The notes beneath the pieces were generated by a model. The model saw only the letters and a program-made list of their open reading frames with translations, made no database searches and had not been told where the DNA came from. Source: Vampirovibrionaceae bacterium NZW_1234 (GTDB lineage: Bacteria > Cyanobacteriota > Vampirovibrionia > Vampirovibrionales > JAGQHJ01). From it: a stretch of 64,000 bases of DNA. Each line of letters begins with the position of its first letter. The first letter of the stretch is position 1. The translations under genes and the position numbers were made by a program. The stretch is taken from the NCBI GenBank assembly GCA_041697335.1, contig JBGUGD010000035.1, positions 128,001 through 192,000 on the forward strand. Reading direction: 5' to 3'. Below are positions 59,499 to 64,000 of the stretch, in pieces.

Positions 59499-59771
59499 TT
59501 AGGTAATTGCTTGGATTACCAGCTGAAACACTTTATCAATGACAAACACAAAGAGACTAAACAAGGTAACCACCACCAAGACCACACCGGTTTCGGCAAT
59601 CACCTGAGTGCGGGGGGGCCACGTAATCTTGGACCACTCCTGGCGAACCCCTTTAAAATACTCTTTTAAGTCAAAGGGTTTCTCCGCATTGGATCCAGAA
59701 GACCCTTTAGGAGTGTTTTTCTTGCTTTCTCGTGATGCGTCCAATTTTTGTCTCACAGAGGTTTGCGGCAT
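59499..59771 (-). CDS. secE: Preprotein translocase subunit SecE
   Basis: EWSKITWP plus a single TM; sits between trnW and nusG. Confidence 0.95.
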   Translation of the reverse strand: MPQTSVRQKLDASRESKKNTPKGSSGSNAEKPFDLKEYFKGVRQEWSKITWPPRTQVIAETGVVLVVVTLFSLFVFVIDKVFQLVIQAIT

Positions 59772-59833
59772 TTCAACAGTTAATCCAAATGGTTGATCGT
59801 TATTGTATCGAGAAAGTCCCTAAAAAACAAAAT

Positions 59834-59905
59834 CGCGCCCTGGAGGATTTGAACCCCCGACATTCGGTTTTGGAGACCGACGTTCTGCCACTGAACTAAG
59901 GACGC
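59834..59905 (-). tRNA. trnW: tRNA-Trp (CCA); CCA tail not encoded
   Basis: GCGTCCT/AGGGCGC acceptor, TCGGT-CTCCAAA-ACCGA anticodon arm, GGTTCAAATCC T loop. Confidence 0.95.
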
Positions 59906-59930
59906 CCATGGGGAGTATGCACTCCCACAA

Positions 59931-60095
59931 CTACTTGGTTTCCCGATGCAAGTGGTGACCATTGCAACGTGAACAATATTTTTTCAACTCCAACCGACCG
60001 GTGGTGTTCTTTTTGTTTTTCACCGTGGTGTAGTTGCGTTCCTGACACTCGGTACAGGCCATTGTAATAATTTTGTCTTTCTTCTTAGCACCCAT
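59931..60095 (-). CDS. rpmG: 50S ribosomal protein L33 (zinc-binding form)
   Basis: [30 protein letters not shown]. Confidence 0.96.
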   Translation of the reverse strand: MGAKKKDKIITMACTECQERNYTTVKNKKNTTGRLELKKYCSRCNGHHLHRETK

Positions 60096-60434
60096 TGGTA
60101 TGACACACCTTTCGTCAGTATGACTGTGGACTGATATGGTAACGTCAACACATGGGCATGTCAACCTCTGCCCCAGAGCCTGAAAAGCCGAGAAAAACAG
60201 TGCAAATCATCCTCTTAATGACAGTTTTGTTACATCGCCCATGATTTACAGAGTGGAAGCGGGGCTGATAGAATTTTCAATCATATGATATAAAACTGCA
60301 CCGAGGGGCCTTTACCCTCAGCATCACCACCGGTTAAACTCATCAATTGCGTGATTCGAGTAGAGGGGACCATCCATAATGATAAGCACTTGCTATGGCA
60401 TTTTATCAACCTCATTTCAAAAGAGGGCTTACTA

Positions 60435-61235
60435 ATGTTGCCAAAGCTCCTACCCATCCTGGGCCCCAACGCGCCGGTTCTGTTTGGGGTCTCGCGCCGC
60501 AAACGCAATTCACTGCTCGGGCTTAGCCCAAACTGTGCTTATTGCGGAGATACGTTTATTGCCAGTGTTCACAAACCTCATATCAAACCCCAACCCCCCA
60601 CTTACGACCATATTCGACCCAAATCTGCCAAAGGAACCAGCCTCTATCCAAATGGCATTCTTGCTTGCCCACCCTGCAACAATGTGCGTCGCCAGAACAT
60701 TCCTCTGCTGGAATTTATTATGGGCGATCGCAGCAAGTATTACTACAGCCAGGATGGGGAAATGGTTCTTCAGGTCGCAAGCCATGACCCACCAACCCCG
60801 GAAGCCGAGATTCAAGCCCGAAAAAAAGCTTTTTCGAATTACCTGAAGCGATTTGTCAAGCGCCGCTATCGAATCAATACTGCTCATTCCAAACGCTGGT
60901 TCCCGCTGACCTTAGATAATCTGCTCTACCCTGTTTGGAAAAAAGGGGCCAAACCCTCAGACCCTGCGACCCTGAATACCCTGCTCAAAGAGCGTATCCA
61001 TCAATTTATGAGTATTCTTGCCGACGCCGATCCGGGATTTTGGCTAAGCCAACACTTTCAAAAAATCGTCCGCCACGATTTTCGCACCCAACCCGAGCGC
61101 CGGGATATGTTTTTGGAGGCCTTACGACACCTGCGAGGTCAGCCCAAATCACATGCAGGCCATGGACAGCCTCCTGTTATGCTATCCTTAGACCTGAAAT
61201 CCCTACCCTTCCCGAAAACCGGAAGTGATGCTTAG
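60435..61235 (+). CDS. HNH endonuclease domain protein (paralog 1)
   Basis: CAYCG, TYDHIRP, N..LACPPCN; unknown C-terminal domain. Confidence 0.85.
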   Translation: MLPKLLPILGPNAPVLFGVSRRKRNSLLGLSPNCAYCGDTFIASVHKPHIKPQPPTYDHIRPKSAKGTSLYPNGILACPPCNNVRRQNIPLLEFIMGDRSKYYYSQDGEMVLQVASHDPPTPEAEIQARKKAFSNYLKRFVKRRYRINTAHSKRWFPLTLDNLLYPVWKKGAKPSDPATLNTLLKERIHQFMSILADADPGFWLSQHFQKIVRHDFRTQPERRDMFLEALRHLRGQPKSHAGHGQPPVMLSLDLKSLPFPKTGSDA

Positions 61236-61968
61236 CTTTTTTATCAGTTCAAGCTCGCCGCAAACACCCTCGGTATTGCACTTCAAAGGGCGCCTCGACC
61301 ATGCCTCAGTCACAAAGAAACTAGGCCGGTTTGCCCCTCAGTGTGCTTATTGTAGCGTGGCCTTTCTCCCTCCCTTCAAACAAGACCCCAAGCCAACCTT
61401 TGATCACCTCAAGCCAAACACGGCTCAAGGTCCCAAGACCCTGGAGAACGGTGTCCTTAGCTGTGAACCCTGCAACACACTGCGCCAAAGCACCCCTGTT
61501 CTTAACTTTCTTCAGGGCATTGCCGGGAACTATATTTATTCCAGGACAGCGGATGGTTATCTGGTGACGCCGCCCAGATCTGCCACCATGGCCTCCACCG
61601 ATACGGTTTTAGCCCGACAGCGTTCTCTCTCCTCCTATTTGAGACGCATGCTGGAGCGCCGGGTTAAAGCCGAAGGGGATCCGAAGCCCAACAGTTGGTT
61701 TGCCCATGCCCTAGATAACCTACTCTTTCCTACGTGGGGCGAGGGACTACAGCCAAACTCTCTATCCGTGCAAAATGCAGCTTGGCACCAACGGGCAACA
61801 CAGTTATTTTGCCTTCTGGGAAAAGCTGATCCTCGTTTTTGGCTAGGTCGCCCCTTCCGAGTCCTTCTTGACAGAGACATTAAAGCGTTTCCTGAGCTGT
61901 ATGGGCGTCTTGGTAACGTCATGACATATGTTCGACAGAACTTGTCCGCCCAGGGTCGTCAGCATTAA
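61228..61968 (+). CDS. HNH endonuclease domain protein (paralog 2)
   Basis: CAYCS, TFDHLKP, N..LSCEPCN; start overlaps the paralog 1 stop. Confidence 0.85.
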   Translation: MLSFFISSSSPQTPSVLHFKGRLDHASVTKKLGRFAPQCAYCSVAFLPPFKQDPKPTFDHLKPNTAQGPKTLENGVLSCEPCNTLRQSTPVLNFLQGIAGNYIYSRTADGYLVTPPRSATMASTDTVLARQRSLSSYLRRMLERRVKAEGDPKPNSWFAHALDNLLFPTWGEGLQPNSLSVQNAAWHQRATQLFCLLGKADPRFWLGRPFRVLLDRDIKAFPELYGRLGNVMTYVRQNLSAQGRQH

Positions 61969-62125
61969 GTTGTTCTTGTACCTACATATCCCGAAAGCTC
62001 AGTCTCACTTCGGCCTTCTGCTCTGCGTGTAAAGAAATGCTACAGCTTGCATGAATTCATTAGACAACAGGTTGTTTAGGCTCAGTTTCCTATAGTAAAC
62101 TGAGCCTAGAGTATTCTCGGAGGAC

Positions 62126-62617
62126 ATGTCACCCATGAGCGTCACGGCCATTTATCCCGGCAGTTTTGACCCGGTGACCAAAGGCCATGTGGATGTGGTA
62201 AGTCGAGCCAGCCGCATGTTTGACCGTATTGTTATGGCCGTGGCCCTGAATGCTGAAAAAAAACCTCTATTTGAGCCACGTCACCGCTTGGAGTTATTAG
62301 AAAAAGCCGTGAGCCATTTACCCAATGTCAGTGTAACGTCCTTTCGAGGTCTAACCGCCGAATTTGCCAAGCAAAACAATGCCACCGTGATTATTCGAGG
62401 CTTGCGGGCAATTTCGGATTTTGAATTTGAGTTTCAAATGTCTCAGATGAACAAAATTTTATTTCCTGAATTGGAAACCGTATTTGTCATGGCCAATTTG
62501 GACTATACTTTCTTATCATCCAGTATGGTCAAGGAAGTGGCGATGCTGGGGGGCAATGTCACCCAGTTGGTCCCGGAGGCCGTTCAAGAAGCGTTACGTC
62601 AAAAGATAAGCTCATAG
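62126..62617 (+). CDS. coaD: Phosphopantetheine adenylyltransferase
   Basis: YPGSFDPVTKGH, IRGLR, DFEFE, SSSMVKE; GGAGG SD. Confidence 0.97.
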   Translation: MSPMSVTAIYPGSFDPVTKGHVDVVSRASRMFDRIVMAVALNAEKKPLFEPRHRLELLEKAVSHLPNVSVTSFRGLTAEFAKQNNATVIIRGLRAISDFEFEFQMSQMNKILFPELETVFVMANLDYTFLSSSMVKEVAMLGGNVTQLVPEAVQEALRQKISS

Positions 62618-62650
62618 AGCACCAGAAAGGGGAGATGCGCCATTAATACC

Positions 62651-63289
62651 TTGTATAAACTACTCGATCGATTGGAAAGCGTCATCATGGATGGGATCCC
62701 CATTCCCTTCCTACCGTACTCCATGGTCAATCAAGAAAAATTGATCGTATTGCTGGACAAAATTCAGACTGCGATTCCCGATGAGATCCAAAAAGCCGAT
62801 CAGGTTCTGACTCAGCGGGATGAAATCCAGCTGGAAGCACAACGCCGTGCCCAACAAATGTTGCAAGAGGCCAAACAACAGGCCGAATCCATGTTAAGCG
62901 ACTCCGAACTCTTAAAAGCAGTACAATTGGAAGCTGAACGTGTTCGCCAGCAGGTGATGGCAGAATTACAATCCCTGCGTCAACAAACCCTGGACGAAAC
63001 CGAAGAAGTTCGCCGGAAAGCCTATGAAGAAGCTCGCTTGGTACGGGAAAGTGCTGATGACTACGCCGAAGGTGTTTTAAAGACTTTAAGCCGTAACCTG
63101 GATGAATTCCAAAATGTGGCTCGAAACGCCCAGAAGCAACTGAAAAAAGTGCGAACAGATGCCATGCAGGCTCAACATGGAACCAATGCTATTACCTCAG
63201 GCAGCTATGCGACTGGCAAGACTAAAGACCCAGGCGCACGGGCCCACCGGGTTGATCGTCTTTCCCAGCCCCAGGAGCTGGAAGTGTAA
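62651..63289 (+). CDS. Coiled-coil protein of the coaD-linked DivIVA/ATP synthase b-like type
   Basis: LLDRLE..IP, IPDEIQKA, long heptad region, ADDYA; family assignment from context. Confidence 0.75.
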   Translation: MYKLLDRLESVIMDGIPIPFLPYSMVNQEKLIVLLDKIQTAIPDEIQKADQVLTQRDEIQLEAQRRAQQMLQEAKQQAESMLSDSELLKAVQLEAERVRQQVMAELQSLRQQTLDETEEVRRKAYEEARLVRESADDYAEGVLKTLSRNLDEFQNVARNAQKQLKKVRTDAMQAQHGTNAITSGSYATGKTKDPGARAHRVDRLSQPQELEV

Positions 63290-63321
63290 GACGAAACCAG
63301 ACAGTACAATACATCATAACT

Positions 63322-63356
63322 AAATTGACTCGAGTGTCTCTCACTCGGGTCAATTT
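63322..63356. terminator. Hairpin between convergent genes
   Basis: AAATTGACTCGAGTG...CACTCGGGTCAATTT. Confidence 0.7.
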
Positions 63357-63380
63357 GTATCTAGCCGGGTTCCTATCGCG

Positions 63381-63608
63381 TTACGCGGTTGCGCGACGCT
63401 GGGTAACCGCCCGCTTAATAACTTGTGATGCTTGATTCAACGCCGCTAAAACGTCCATGGCTTCCTGTAACATGCCATCATCGTTTAAGCACACTGGCTG
63501 ATAGCCAGCATCGTTCAAATCGCGCAAATAGCGATTTGCAACATACTGTTCCAACGTAGGTTGATTATTAGCCAAACCGTTTTCCTCCTCCAAAAAAATC
63601 CAAGTCAA
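63381..63608 (-). CDS. Small hypothetical protein
   Basis: 75-aa ORF ending near the shared hairpin; start uncertain. Confidence 0.5.
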   Translation of the reverse strand: MTWIFLEEENGLANNQPTLEQYVANRYLRDLNDAGYQPVCLNDDGMLQEAMDVLAALNQASQVIKRAVTQRRATA

Positions 63609-63759
63609 AAATGTAATTCGATAGTATACAAGTATATAAAAACGAACTTTTCGTTAAAATTGTCTCTGGTGCCTGTTTTATTAAGATATATGTATCCAAA
63701 CCCAGTCGGAGAATTGATCTAATTCGTTTAATATGTAAAATGAGAATACTCTTTCTAAC

Positions 63760-63963
63760 ATGGGAGGAGGGAAGGAGGTTCTCTCCAACGCTGTTGACCC
63801 GAGCTAACGTTTCTGTGGCTTAGCGTGTCCGCTTTCAGCGAATCGGATATTCCGAAAACAGCTCTCTCTCGCTGATTCCGAGTCCCCCCTGAGCCGACAC
63901 GGTTCACAATCAGAAACCTTTCAACAGCCTCTTAGGGACAAACCTCTTTCCCTTACAGCCCAT
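63760..63963 (+). ncRNA. ssrS: 6S RNA-like rod-shaped ncRNA
   Basis: About 190-200 nt nested helices with a central bubble; TTGACC..GAGC and CGGTTCA elements; candidate TTGATC-N16-TAAAAT promoter upstream. Confidence 0.72.
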
Positions 63964-64000
63964 TTTCTCGCTCTAATGTTGAATCTCCCCCTACTGACTT

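Noticed and set aside
60435..61968. HNH genes as Cas9/IscB or a restriction-modification system
   Set aside because: No RuvC motifs, repeat array, transposon ends or methyltransferase nearby.
1..64000. CRISPR array, IS element, prophage, rRNA
   Set aside because: No spaced direct repeats, transposase, integrase, phage structural genes or rRNA-like sequence seen.

Overview
Ordinary-looking chromosomal DNA from a flagellated, diderm (lipid A-making) bacterium. It most likely belongs to the non-photosynthetic Cyanobacteriota (Vampirovibrionia/Melainabacteria); this is inferred from the plant/cyanobacterial-type FNR, the trnW-secE-nusG-rplK-rplA block and flagellins occurring without any photosynthesis genes in the window. 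About 65 CDS are present: UDP-sugar enzymes, recN, petH, lepB, tatC, mqnD, pyrE, rsmG-fabZ-lpxA-glmU, a sugar ABC transporter, three tandem flagellins, wecB, lpxD-lpxC, aroF-tyrA, ispE-rsmA, rpmG, two HNH paralogs and coaD. There are two tRNAs (Met, Trp). No CRISPR array, IS element or prophage was seen. The most interesting signals are non-coding: (1) a ~670-nt, densely base-paired, strand-specific structured RNA between two flagellin genes; (2) GGA-loop hairpins in all three flagellin leaders plus an 8-GGA cluster, resembling CsrA-type control; (3) a complete Tyr/Phe leader-peptide attenuator before aroF-tyrA; (4) a 6S-like rod RNA at the right end. Several proteins are also unusual: two pseudoenzymes, a ClpN-signal peptidase fusion, a tandem HNH pair, and orphan proteins sharing an N-terminal F-(x)-G motif. 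All structures were paired by eye; no folding or database searches were run.
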